This document shows positions 26,794-37,225 of a stretch of DNA of 64,000 nucleotides, piece by piece; position 1 is the stretch's first letter, and each line of letters starts with the position of its first letter. This DNA comes from Roseibacillus sp. GTDB lineage: Bacteria > Verrucomicrobiota > Verrucomicrobiia > Verrucomicrobiales > Akkermansiaceae. Where the stretch lies: contig JBPOGI010000004.1 of NCBI GenBank assembly GCA_051251855.1, positions 96,001 through 160,000 on the forward strand. The letters run 5' to 3'. The position numbers and the translations under genes are program-made. The notes under the pieces were generated by a model. The model did not search any database. It had not been told where the DNA came from and worked only from the letters and a program-made list of their open reading frames with translations.

Positions 26794-29700
26794 ATGACCA
26801 AGACTCTCTTTGCACTCGCTCTCGCGTGCAGCTCCCTCGCGGCTGCACCTGACACCGTAGACCTTTCTTTCACTGACAATGCAGGGGCCTACTACGACGC
26901 TAACAGCTTCGGCGGCGTCGCTTCTTTACTCGTTCAGCCCGACGGAAAACTCCTCGTGGGTTCTAATTGGATGTCAGCCCAAAGTGGAGCCATCTTTCCT
27001 CCTCTCATTCGCTTCAATCTGGATGGCACCGTTGACGAAGATTTCTCCGCCGACAATGTTCCTGAAGGTTCTGGGGCCGGTATCTTTTACGACAGCTCAG
27101 GACAACCCGAAGTCCACGGTCTCGCTCTCCAATCGGACGGAAAAATCATTGCGGTCGGCTGTATGCAAGGAATGCGTGATGGGGCCACGACGGGCTCCTC
27201 AACCGTCTCCCTCATCTCTAACGGAATCGTGCGTATCACTGCTGCGGGAGACCCCGACACCACCTTCCAAAGCGCAGGCATCGATACCGAGTTCATCGAT
27301 GAGGTCATCACTCTCCCCAATGACAAGATCATCATCGCAGGTGGCTTCAATGCCGTCCGGGATCAGGGAGGTTCTTTCGTTTCGCGGGTGGGAATCGCAC
27401 AGCTCAATGCTGATGGGTCTCTTGATACAGGCTTTCACCTCGACCCCGCTTCACTCGGCAGCTTTACCACAAACACGCTGTTCATTCGCCAAGTAGCCGC
27501 CGCTCCCAATGGCAAGCTCTACATAGTCGGTTCTGCTCGCCCCGCTGGAGGCACGTTCTCCGACAGCACCCCTGTCTTCGCACGCTTGAATGCAGACGGA
27601 ACTGTCGATGCCTCATTTGCTCCCGTTTATCCCTCGACGGTGACATCCTTTCAAGGAGTGGTTGTCGAGCCTTCTGGCGATATCGTCGCCTTTGGTCCCA
27701 TGGGGACGAGTGCCAGCAGCACCAGCTACATGGAACGCTTCTCCGACTCCGGCTCTCCGCAATCCTCGTTTACCTTGAGCGCCTCACTTCCGCGTATTGC
27801 AGCACGTCCGTTGCGGGTGGATCCGCTGGGTCGTTACCTCCTTTCGAAGCGGGACCTTTCGCTTGGAAATTCCGAACTGGTCCGCATCAATAGCGACGGT
27901 TCCCTTGACCCAACTTTCAACGCTTCGGGTTCTTGGGACGATGCCCCCTTGGGTCCCAACAACGCATTCTTCAACCAGTCCATCACCTCTCCTACTGGGA
28001 AAATCTATGCTGGCGGAGCCTTTGATCACGTGAAGGGCGAAGACGCGGTCAAGATCGTGGCCTTCGAGGGCGACTTCGTTCCCAATTCACCCGGAACAAT
28101 CCAGCTTGGTAGCTTCGCAGTCTCCGCCTCCGAATGTGACGGCACCCTGCGTATTCCGGTGGTCCGCATTGGCGGAGCGACCGGTGCCGCGACTATCGAT
28201 TACTCCTTCACGAACATCAATGCCTCCGCGAGTGACTACACCGCCACTCCTGGCTCACTCAGCTTTGCAAACGGAGAAGCAGGGACCAAATACATCGAAG
28301 TAACGCTCACTGCCGATACTGAGGTTGAAAACATCGAAGTCTTCACGGTCGATCTCACGAACGCAACCGGAGCCGCTCTCGGAACCCTCACCAGCGCCAA
28401 CGCGGCCATCATCGATTCCAATTCTCCTCCCCTCATCGGCACCCAGCCAGTGCCTCTCTTTGTGGCGCCCTTCCAAGCCTTTCAAATCGCGGTGGGAGTC
28501 ATCTCTGGAAAAGACCCCACCACTTATCAATGGTTCAAAGATGGCGTTGCCATTTCTGGTGCGACCTCTCCTCTCTATTTCCAGACGAACGCCAATGCGG
28601 CCCAACACGACGGCGAGTATTGTGTCGTGGTCACCAACCCGAACGGCAGCGTCACTTCGGACAAAGTCGATGTCGTGGTGAAGGAACCCGCGCGCCTCAG
28701 CTTTGCGGTTTCGTCTGTTAGCGCAGCTGAGAACGCTGGCTCTGTGACCCTGACTCTCACCAGAACCGTTTCCTCGGTGAATGCGGTTTCGGTGGGCCTC
28801 ACCCTCACGAACAACACGGCATCTTCAGCAGACTACTCCATTTCCCCCACCATCATTTCTTGGGCAGATGGCGACATTGCCGACAAGACCATCACGGTCA
28901 CCCTCGTCGACGATGGAGATATCGAACCACAGGAAACCTTCATCGCCACTCTGACCGGCTACTCTGCCGATGCTGCTCCTGGCACGACCACCTCCCTCAC
29001 CTTCACCATTCTCGATGATGACTCTCCGCTCGCCATCACCAGCCAACCCAGCTCCCAAACCTTGCAAGAAGATGAGGTCCTGACTCTTACCGTAGCGGCC
29101 ACCTCACAGACGGACTTGAGCTATCAATGGTTCCTCGATGGAGCTCCCCTCGCAGGCGAAGTGAACGCCACTCTCACCCTCGACCCCGTCGAGATAACTG
29201 GCGCTGGCACCTACACCGTGGAGGTTACCAATGCAGCGGGCACCATCACCAGCGACCCAGCCGTCATCGCTGTCACTCCCGCTCCATACCTCACCACAAC
29301 CCCTCCCCCCACTCCCGACCTGGACCTCGCGGTCTACTCCATTGCCCTCATCGACAATCAGACCGCTTGGGTTTCTGGCAACTCCTCAACCTTGGGACAA
29401 ATCATCCAAAAAGCCTCCCTCGACCCCTCGGTCTCTCCCGTGACTATCACCTTAAATAGCCAGGCCGACCAAGTGATCACCCTGCCTAATGGCGGAGTGG
29501 CAGCGCGCGGATTTTTCACCACCGTCAATGGCCAAAGCCAAAGCTATGTTGCTAAGTTCAACCCCGATGGTTCTCTGTCCAGTGGGCAAATCACAACGGG
29601 AATCACCACGCGACCAGATACCATCGCTGTCGATGAGCTGGGACGCATCCTCGTCGGCGAAGGCGGGGGTGACCTGCGCCGGTTCGACTCTTCTGGTTCC

Positions 29701-32700
29701 GTTGATATCAACTTCCCACTCGTGTCGTTCGGCAGTAATCCTCAAATCCAATCCATCACCGTCGATGGCAGCAGTATTTATGTCGGTGGTCGTTTCACCT
29801 CATCAGGAGCCGGCACTGCAGGCAATTATCTCACCAAGCTCAATCCCGATGGCACCCGGGACGAAGCCTTTGTCTACGCGAGCAACACGCGCGTTTTGGG
29901 AATCATTCCCATCTCCAGTGGACGCCTCGCCGTCCTTGCTCAGCCTGCTGTTGGCACCGTTAGCCAAACCCCTTTCCTTGTCTCGGCCAGTGGCACAGTC
30001 GAGTCCCAATTCGGATCCCTCGGAGCGCTTTCCTTTTTCGACTTTGGAATCGATGAAAATGAATTCATCTACAGCCCCCGAGTCGGCGGAAACCTCTTCA
30101 CCCGTCGCAATGACAACGGGGTCTTCGACGCCAGTTTTCCCGGCTTTGATTCCAACGTCACCACCATTGAAATCGACGGAGCAGGCCGCGTCTGGGTCGG
30201 CGGCTTGTTCTCTACTCTCGGCGGAAATCCCGTGCCCAAGCTGGTGATTCTCAATGGTGATCCCAGCGAACTGGCCATCATCGAAGAGCCCAAGCTCGCC
30301 GTCGCTGAACCAGGCCAAAGCGCAAGCTTCAGAGTGGAAGTCATTTCCTCCGGAACCATTGCCTATCAGTGGCGAAAGGACGGAGTAGACCTCACGGGCG
30401 AAACCACCGCCACACTCACCATCACCTCAGCCGCTCTTGCCGATGCTGGCCTCTACGACGTGGTCGTCACCAATACCGATACCAGCCTATCGCTCACTTC
30501 CAGCCCTGCTGAGTTGGTCATTTTGGACGCTCCTCTCATCGTTAGCTCACCCTCTTCAACCACTCAAATCATCGGCACTGACCTCACCTTAACGGCCGAC
30601 TACTACGCCCTCGCCCCAGCCACCTTCCAATGGCAAAAGGACGGAATTGACATCTCTGGTGCAACTTCTGACAGCTACGATATCACGAGTAGTCTACTAG
30701 GAGACTCCGGCAACTACACCCTTATCGTCACCAATGGACTTGGCAGCGCGACGACCACACCCGCCAATATTCAGTTCATCCCCGCCCCCGGCGAATTCGT
30801 CCCAGGCTTCGTCCCTGCTACCAGTGGCTCAGGGAGCATCAGCTCCATCGTACTCGAGAGCGGCGGCGGATCCTATCTCTATGGTAACTACTCGGCTCCT
30901 ATTCATCCGAACGGCACCTTTAACAGCTTCTTCAACCGCGTGGACACCACCGGAAGTCCACTGGCCAGCTTCACGGCGACCAGCAACCAATCGATTCAAG
31001 ACCTCGCCCGCGATTCCCAAGGACGCGTCATTCTTGTCGGCAGCAATTTTTTCCTCAATGGGAGCAGTGGCCGCCGCATCGCCCGCATTGATGCTGATGG
31101 AGTTTCGGACACCGCCTTTGACAGCAATGCCGCCTCTGCAAATTTCTCTGCGATTTACGATGTGGTGGTGGACGCCATGGACCGTCCCATTTTCACGGGA
31201 ACTAACAGCCTTTTCCGGCTCAATACCGATGGAACCCTAGACTCGACCTTCACCGCAAGCTTCAGCGGATTCTCCTCCGAAATGAAGCTCGATGCCGACG
31301 GAAAAATCCTCATCTTAACCACCAGCAACACCCTGCTACGTTACGAAAATGATGGCACCCTTGACAGCACCTTCACTTTGGATTCAGCAGTCCCCACGAG
31401 CCCATCCTTTATCACCTTCGACCTCGCCGAGGACGGCAATATTTTTCTCGCAGCCTCCTCTTCCTCCGATCGAAAAATTTACACCCTCTCCTCCAGCGGA
31501 AGTCTGGTAGCGGTTCTCAACAGCCCCGGATTCACTTCGGGATTCTTGTCTGACATCGCCGTGCAGAGCAACGGTAAGATTCTCGTTTCAGTCAGTGCGA
31601 GCCCTTACCTCGCGCGCGTCTTCCCTGATGGCTCACCCGATCCACTCTTTGACATCGGCACCGGATTCAATAGCAACGTCAATACCATCGAGCTCACCGA
31701 AGACGGCAATATTTGGGTGGGGGGAAGCTTTACCCAACTCAATGGCCAGCCCGTTCCGCTCTATGCCAAGTTCAATGGCGATCCCGTCGACGTCATCATC
31801 TCGACTCAACCGGAAAGCCTGATTGCCGACCTCGGTGCCAGCGCCTCTCTGAGCGTCGTCGCCAGTGGACTGAATGGTGCCCCCATCTCCTACCAATGGC
31901 TGAAAGATGGAAATCCTATCCCAAGCGAAACCTCAGCTACTCTCAACTTCGCCAGTCTCGCCGAGACCGACGACAGCTCCTACGAAGTCCTCATCACCAA
32001 CCTCACTACCGGACGCGAACGCAAGAGTGCGGCTGCCATTGTGACCGTGCTGGGCGCACCCGAACTGGTCGCTTTCACCAATGAGGCGCAAAACCTCGAA
32101 ATCGATGATGAACTCATCCTCTCGGTGGAATCGGTTGGTGCCGGCACCCTCAGCTATCAATGGCAAAAGAACGGGAGCGATATCGCCGGAGCAAACAGCA
32201 CGACCTTCACCATCGCGATGAGTGAGGAAACGGATTCGGGCGACTACCGCGTCGTCGTCACCAACTCCTTCGGGAGCCTCACCACCGACGCGGTCACCGT
32301 CTCGGTCGTCTTTTCACCCGCTGCGGTAAACTTCAATCCCGACCTTGTTTTCAATGGCACTGTCGAGGCAGTTCTCCCTCTTGCCGATGGTCGCACCCTC
32401 GTCGGCGGGTCCTTTAGCCGCATCACCTTCGGAGGCATTAACTACAACATTGACGAGATCGCACTCGTTAATGCCGACGGAACTCTGGATACCAGTTTTG
32501 ACCTCACTCCCAACGGAACAGTCTACACCCTCGCTCTCGACAGCGACGGCGGCATCCTGATCGGGGGTCGCTTCACCTTCATTGGAGGGCAGTCCAGAAA
32601 TCGGGTGGCTCGCCTCAACGCAGAACTCACTTTCGATACCTCCTTCGGCTCCAATATTGGTCCTAACAATGACGTCTTCACTTTCGAGGCTGCTGTTGGC

Positions 32701-35430
32701 GGCAAGTATTTCGTGGGAGGCCAGTTCAGCACTTGGGATGGCAACCCCGGCTACTTAGTTCGACTGAATAACGATGGCTCCTATGACGACACCTTCACTC
32801 CCCCCGCCCTGAACAGCACCCGAAAGGTCATCCCTCTGTCGGATGGCAAAGTATTGGCCGGCGGAGCCTTCACTGGAAACGGGGTCACTCGTGTCGCCCG
32901 CTTCAACGAAGACGGTAGCGTAGACACCAGCTACAGTGCATCGAGCCCACGCTTCATCTTCGACATGGCCTTGCAATCCGATGGGGAACTGATTGCGGTG
33001 GGCGACTTTGGCGCCATGTATCGCTACAACCCCGATGGCACCCAGGACAACTCCTTCTCGGTTTCAGTCAACAGCAGCAGCGATATCGAGACCATTGCCA
33101 TTGACTCTTCGGGACGAATCCTCATCGGAGGCACATTCACTACCGTGAATGGAGAAAGCTCGCAAAGCTTCGCGCGACTCAATCCCGATGGCAGCACCGA
33201 CACCACCTTTAACGTGGGCACTGGTGTTAACAGCGCACTCAAGGCCATCGCGCTCCAACCTCTTGGAAAGATTTGGATTGGCGGCGGTCATTCGAACTAT
33301 CGGGGCGTTACCACAAGCCGACTCACCCTCCTGAACGGTAACCCACTCGACTTGGCCATTGTTCAGCAGCCGGTCGCCGCCGTAGCCGATCCGGGAACAA
33401 CCGCCACCTTTTCCGTCACTGCCGTCGGAACAGATACGCTCACTTATCAATGGCAACGCAATGGAAGCGACCTTCTTGATGGGGGTGATATTTCCGGAAC
33501 AACCAGCAACACCCTCTCCATCGCCAATGTCGAAGAGAGCGACGAGGATGTCTATCAGGTCGTCATCACCCACTCGATTACCATGGAATCTCTCACCTCG
33601 AATCCTGCCACTTTAGTCGCCCTAGGTGCGCCAGAAATCCTCGCTCAACCCGAAGACGTGACCACTGAAAACGGACTCACCGCGACCTTCACAGTCAGCG
33701 CCCAAGGAGCTTCTCCAGTCAGTTACCAATGGTATCGTGATGGCAACATTCTCGCAGATAGCGCCACCGTCTCCGGAGCAACCACCGCCGAACTCACTCT
33801 CAGCAACCTCGAAGTCTCAGACACCAGTGACTTGTTCGTCCGCATAAGCAACGGACTCGGCACCCTCGACAGTGACAGCGTCAGCCTGCTCGTGGAGCGT
33901 CTCCCAGCCTCCATCGACCGTTCGGTGGTCCTCCCCACTTCCGTTAATAGCAATATTCTCGCCATCTATCCCTTCGATGACGGCTCCTACCTTCTCGGTG
34001 GTCAGTTCACCTCGATTGGTCATGCGGGCGGTTCCGCCTCACGACGTTATTTGGCGAAGCTCGATACCACTGGCACCCTCGACACGAACTTCCCTGTCGT
34101 CGTCGGCAACGGGAATATCCGTAGTATCGAACAGGAGACCAACGGCAAGTTCCTGATCGCAGGGCGCTTCACAACCCTCAATCGAAATGGCTCCTTCACT
34201 AGTCACAACAACATCGCACGGCTCAATACCGATGGTTCGATCGACCCCACTTTCGACTCACTTGCAGCCCCCAATGGAGACGTCTACGTCGTGCGCCCGC
34301 TCTCCGATGGTAAGATCCTCATCGGCGGTGCTTTTTCCAGCGCTGGCGGCCAAACCGGAACCGCTTACATCGCTCGCCTCAATACCGACGGTTCGTTAGA
34401 TTCCAGCTTTGTTTCGCAAGCCACAGGGACCGTGGAAGACATTGCCCTCGTCGGCAGTGACTACTGGCTCACCGGAGGCGCGGGTTATCCGGGACAAATT
34501 CGCAATGTACGCATCGACGACACCGGCGCAGTCGCCAGTAGCTTTGCCTACGACGGCACCATGTCATCCGATGATGTCATCCCCACCGCAGATGGCGGAG
34601 TGGTGCTCAGCGCCGACTCCTATCCCTACATCGAAAAGGTCGACGCTACCGGAACACGGGACACCACCTGGCCCAACCTCGCCAACCCCGGCGGTGGAGG
34701 GCCGAACAACCGAGTCTACGAGCTTGCCACCCTCGGAACCTCTCGCAGCATCGTGGCGGGAACCTTCTTCAGCTACAGCGGAGTCACCGCCGGCAACATC
34801 ATGGTCGTCGACAGCACCGGAGTCCCCGAACCTGACTTCGATGCCGACACTGGCTTCAACGGCAGCTACCCCTTGGTCGTCAAGACCGACTCCTTGGGGC
34901 GTATCTGGTGCGGAGGCTCCTTCACCTCCTACAAAGACGAGACCGTAAACCGTGTGGTCGTGCTCAATGGTTATGCGGAGACAGCCACCGATCCCTACTT
35001 AGACTACCTTGCCAACTTCACCCTCCCTCTCGACCAATTGGGTGAAAACGATGACCCCGATGGAGACAACTTCCCAAACTTGTTAGAATTCCTCTACGCC
35101 AGCGACCCCTCGGACGGACCAGCTCCCGACATCATCTCCGATACCGGCACCAGCATTGGGAGCGACCTCAACACAAACTACCCGGGACTTAGCTTCACAG
35201 CAGGAGAACACTACCAAACCTTCACCGTCCTCATTCCTAAAGAGCTCCAAGGTTCCTCCCTCGAAGTTCAAACTTCTACCAACCTCCAAAACTTCGGTGA
35301 CGGCACCATTGACCCTATTTTCTTAGAAAGCGCCTCCTTCGACGCCTTCTACGACATTCATACCTACGCCTACGATCAACCTCTCAGTATCGAACCCCTC
35401 GCCTTCGCCCGCGTCTCAGCCACTCGCTAA
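26794..35430 (+). CDS. Giant secreted protein: five delta-60 beta-propeller regions, Calx-beta and Ig-like domains
   Basis: Signal peptide; repeated QPDGK/QSDGK and RLN.DG.LD..F; YQW.KDG Ig motifs; Calx-beta-like segments; C-terminal DPDGDNFPNLLEF domain. Confidence 0.9.
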   Translation: MTKTLFALALACSSLAAAPDTVDLSFTDNAGAYYDANSFGGVASLLVQPDGKLLVGSNWMSAQSGAIFPPLIRFNLDGTVDEDFSADNVPEGSGAGIFYDSSGQPEVHGLALQSDGKIIAVGCMQGMRDGATTGSSTVSLISNGIVRITAAGDPDTTFQSAGIDTEFIDEVITLPNDKIIIAGGFNAVRDQGGSFVSRVGIAQLNADGSLDTGFHLDPASLGSFTTNTLFIRQVAAAPNGKLYIVGSARPAGGTFSDSTPVFARLNADGTVDASFAPVYPSTVTSFQGVVVEPSGDIVAFGPMGTSASSTSYMERFSDSGSPQSSFTLSASLPRIAARPLRVDPLGRYLLSKRDLSLGNSELVRINSDGSLDPTFNASGSWDDAPLGPNNAFFNQSITSPTGKIYAGGAFDHVKGEDAVKIVAFEGDFVPNSPGTIQLGSFAVSASECDGTLRIPVVRIGGATGAATIDYSFTNINASASDYTATPGSLSFANGEAGTKYIEVTLTADTEVENIEVFTVDLTNATGAALGTLTSANAAIIDSNSPPLIGTQPVPLFVAPFQAFQIAVGVISGKDPTTYQWFKDGVAISGATSPLYFQTNANAAQHDGEYCVVVTNPNGSVTSDKVDVVVKEPARLSFAVSSVSAAENAGSVTLTLTRTVSSVNAVSVGLTLTNNTASSADYSISPTIISWADGDIADKTITVTLVDDGDIEPQETFIATLTGYSADAAPGTTTSLTFTILDDDSPLAITSQPSSQTLQEDEVLTLTVAATSQTDLSYQWFLDGAPLAGEVNATLTLDPVEITGAGTYTVEVTNAAGTITSDPAVIAVTPAPYLTTTPPPTPDLDLAVYSIALIDNQTAWVSGNSSTLGQIIQKASLDPSVSPVTITLNSQADQVITLPNGGVAARGFFTTVNGQSQSYVAKFNPDGSLSSGQITTGITTRPDTIAVDELGRILVGEGGGDLRRFDSSGSVDINFPLVSFGSNPQIQSITVDGSSIYVGGRFTSSGAGTAGNYLTKLNPDGTRDEAFVYASNTRVLGIIPISSGRLAVLAQPAVGTVSQTPFLVSASGTVESQFGSLGALSFFDFGIDENEFIYSPRVGGNLFTRRNDNGVFDASFPGFDSNVTTIEIDGAGRVWVGGLFSTLGGNPVPKLVILNGDPSELAIIEEPKLAVAEPGQSASFRVEVISSGTIAYQWRKDGVDLTGETTATLTITSAALADAGLYDVVVTNTDTSLSLTSSPAELVILDAPLIVSSPSSTTQIIGTDLTLTADYYALAPATFQWQKDGIDISGATSDSYDITSSLLGDSGNYTLIVTNGLGSATTTPANIQFIPAPGEFVPGFVPATSGSGSISSIVLESGGGSYLYGNYSAPIHPNGTFNSFFNRVDTTGSPLASFTATSNQSIQDLARDSQGRVILVGSNFFLNGSSGRRIARIDADGVSDTAFDSNAASANFSAIYDVVVDAMDRPIFTGTNSLFRLNTDGTLDSTFTASFSGFSSEMKLDADGKILILTTSNTLLRYENDGTLDSTFTLDSAVPTSPSFITFDLAEDGNIFLAASSSSDRKIYTLSSSGSLVAVLNSPGFTSGFLSDIAVQSNGKILVSVSASPYLARVFPDGSPDPLFDIGTGFNSNVNTIELTEDGNIWVGGSFTQLNGQPVPLYAKFNGDPVDVIISTQPESLIADLGASASLSVVASGLNGAPISYQWLKDGNPIPSETSATLNFASLAETDDSSYEVLITNLTTGRERKSAAAIVTVLGAPELVAFTNEAQNLEIDDELILSVESVGAGTLSYQWQKNGSDIAGANSTTFTIAMSEETDSGDYRVVVTNSFGSLTTDAVTVSVVFSPAAVNFNPDLVFNGTVEAVLPLADGRTLVGGSFSRITFGGINYNIDEIALVNADGTLDTSFDLTPNGTVYTLALDSDGGILIGGRFTFIGGQSRNRVARLNAELTFDTSFGSNIGPNNDVFTFEAAVGGKYFVGGQFSTWDGNPGYLVRLNNDGSYDDTFTPPALNSTRKVIPLSDGKVLAGGAFTGNGVTRVARFNEDGSVDTSYSASSPRFIFDMALQSDGELIAVGDFGAMYRYNPDGTQDNSFSVSVNSSSDIETIAIDSSGRILIGGTFTTVNGESSQSFARLNPDGSTDTTFNVGTGVNSALKAIALQPLGKIWIGGGHSNYRGVTTSRLTLLNGNPLDLAIVQQPVAAVADPGTTATFSVTAVGTDTLTYQWQRNGSDLLDGGDISGTTSNTLSIANVEESDEDVYQVVITHSITMESLTSNPATLVALGAPEILAQPEDVTTENGLTATFTVSAQGASPVSYQWYRDGNILADSATVSGATTAELTLSNLEVSDTSDLFVRISNGLGTLDSDSVSLLVERLPASIDRSVVLPTSVNSNILAIYPFDDGSYLLGGQFTSIGHAGGSASRRYLAKLDTTGTLDTNFPVVVGNGNIRSIEQETNGKFLIAGRFTTLNRNGSFTSHNNIARLNTDGSIDPTFDSLAAPNGDVYVVRPLSDGKILIGGAFSSAGGQTGTAYIARLNTDGSLDSSFVSQATGTVEDIALVGSDYWLTGGAGYPGQIRNVRIDDTGAVASSFAYDGTMSSDDVIPTADGGVVLSADSYPYIEKVDATGTRDTTWPNLANPGGGGPNNRVYELATLGTSRSIVAGTFFSYSGVTAGNIMVVDSTGVPEPDFDADTGFNGSYPLVVKTDSLGRIWCGGSFTSYKDETVNRVVVLNGYAETATDPYLDYLANFTLPLDQLGENDDPDGDNFPNLLEFLYASDPSDGPAPDIISDTGTSIGSDLNTNYPGLSFTAGEHYQTFTVLIPKELQGSSLEVQTSTNLQNFGDGTIDPIFLESASFDAFYDIHTYAYDQPLSIEPLAFARVSATR

Positions 35431-35446
35431 CTAGACTCAGAACAAC

Positions 35447-36025
35447 ATGAAAACTACAATCATAGGCCTATTGGCTCTCACTCCATTTGCAGGAGCGGCC
35501 ATCACTGTCAGCTCCTATTCACACTCGCCAAACCCTGCCGCCTCTTACAATGATTCAGGGACTCAGGAGCTCACCGACGGAGTCGCCGTCGTTCCGACAT
35601 GGGGAACAGGCATCACAATTACCACCGCTCAAATCGGTCCATTCGTAGGCTGGCAAGGAACTGATGCAGCCACGACCTTCACCTTCGACTCGATCCAAAC
35701 CGTAGGTCAGGTCACAGTCTGGGCTTCCGATAGTGATGGTGTAGCAGGGGTGAGGCTTCCTTCGACTATTACCCTGAGTGATCCCAATTCTTCCTTCAGC
35801 CAAACTTTCATGGTGAACAATCCCGGTGGAAACGGCGTTATGCGGCCGATTACCCTCGATGGATTCAGTGTGCAAACGGATCAAATGGAAGTTTCCTTCA
35901 CTCGGGCAACCACCGGCTCGTGGACCATGCTGACCGAGGTCGAGTTTAACTCAGTGCCCGAACCTTCTACCGCAGGCTTGCTTGCCGTCGCTTCCGCTCT
36001 TCTCTTACGTAAAAAACGTCGTTAA
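35447..36025 (+). CDS. PEP-CTERM exosortase-target protein
   Basis: Signal peptide; C-terminal VPEPSTAGLLAVASALLLRKKRR; LTDG...WTMLTEVEF suggests a discoidin-like sandwich. Confidence 0.92.
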   Translation: MKTTIIGLLALTPFAGAAITVSSYSHSPNPAASYNDSGTQELTDGVAVVPTWGTGITITTAQIGPFVGWQGTDAATTFTFDSIQTVGQVTVWASDSDGVAGVRLPSTITLSDPNSSFSQTFMVNNPGGNGVMRPITLDGFSVQTDQMEVSFTRATTGSWTMLTEVEFNSVPEPSTAGLLAVASALLLRKKRR

Positions 36026-36048
36026 CTTTTCTATCACTTCATCAACTC

Positions 36049-36654
36049 ATGAAAACACTTCTACTTTTCGCCCTTCCGTTGGCCTTTATCTCGTGTGGCC
36101 CCAACACTCCGCGCACCACTCTTTCCAACCTCCCGAAGAACACTGTTCCCGTCATCGATTCTTCTTGGGAAAAGGCCGTCGAAATTTCAGTCGCTACTCT
36201 CGACGACGGTGGCTCTCTCGTGGCTCTACCGATTCCAATCCTACGCGCGCCTTCGCTTGAGGCCACTTGGGGCAAACCGCGAGTGCGCACTTCTCCCGAA
36301 GGCTACTACAGCCTAGCCTATGAGGACCCCAACCGCCCCTTCGAGCGCCTCGTCATCTACGGCTCCCCCAAACCTTTCCCCCAGCCTATCGCGGCGCCGA
36401 AAATCCGCTCCGATGAAATGGTTGATGGCGAACTCGGCACTGTTGAGAAATTTCAAAACTGGGAAAACACTCAAGTCATGGGAAACACCGTCCTCTGGTT
36501 CACCGAAAGCACTGGTGGCGGAGCCGATGGCACCTACTACTCCACCGTAGGTATCCGCCTCACCGGACCCGATGACCGCATAGGATACTATCGTCTTGTT
36601 ATTGAATCCATTACCAAACAAGCTCCCGCTCGCTTTTCCAAAGTGGGCTGGTAA
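36049..36654 (+). CDS. Lipoprotein of unknown family, paralog 1
   Basis: Lipobox-like FISC; ends GYYRLVIES...PARFSKVGW. Confidence 0.8.
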   Translation: MKTLLLFALPLAFISCGPNTPRTTLSNLPKNTVPVIDSSWEKAVEISVATLDDGGSLVALPIPILRAPSLEATWGKPRVRTSPEGYYSLAYEDPNRPFERLVIYGSPKPFPQPIAAPKIRSDEMVDGELGTVEKFQNWENTQVMGNTVLWFTESTGGGADGTYYSTVGIRLTGPDDRIGYYRLVIESITKQAPARFSKVGW

Positions 36655-36666
36655 ACTTCTTTCGCA

Positions 36667-37224
36667 ATGAAAAGCCTCATTCCTTTTCTCGCCATCGTCG
36701 CGCTTGGACTCAGCGCTTGTAGCTCCATCGACACTCCTACCACCTCTGACATTCCCCTCATCGCTCCCACAACCACTCTGGATGTTGACGTCTCTGTCCT
36801 TATCGCCAAGGACCTCAGCAAGGGTTGGAAACAAGAGTGGGGTGAGTCAGACGATCGTCAGTCCTTCGAAAATCGCTATAAACACGAAAGTGATCCTTTC
36901 GAACAACTTATTATTTACGGTTCCACCAAACCCTTCCCCAAGTTGGCGAATCCTCCCCTTCTCACCAAGCCCTCCACGGATGGCCCTTCCCATGACAACC
37001 CGGGTATCAAAATTCCTCAAAGTTGGAAATCCACCAAAGTGATGGGCAAGACCGTCCGATACTACAAAGAGGACGTTCCTGACGGAGCAGATGGGAACTA
37101 TTACTCCACCGAGGGATTCTCACTCACGGACTCCTATGGCAAGAAGGGCTACTACCGCCTCGTGATTGAAAGCGTCACCGGAGCTGCGCCCGCGAGGTTT
37201 TCGAAAGTTTCTTGGGACTACTAA
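36667..37224 (+). CDS. Lipoprotein of unknown family, paralog 2
   Basis: Lipobox LSAC; ends GYYRLVIES...PARFSKVSWDY. Confidence 0.8.
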   Translation: MKSLIPFLAIVALGLSACSSIDTPTTSDIPLIAPTTTLDVDVSVLIAKDLSKGWKQEWGESDDRQSFENRYKHESDPFEQLIIYGSTKPFPKLANPPLLTKPSTDGPSHDNPGIKIPQSWKSTKVMGKTVRYYKEDVPDGADGNYYSTEGFSLTDSYGKKGYYRLVIESVTGAAPARFSKVSWDY

Positions 37225-37225
37225 A

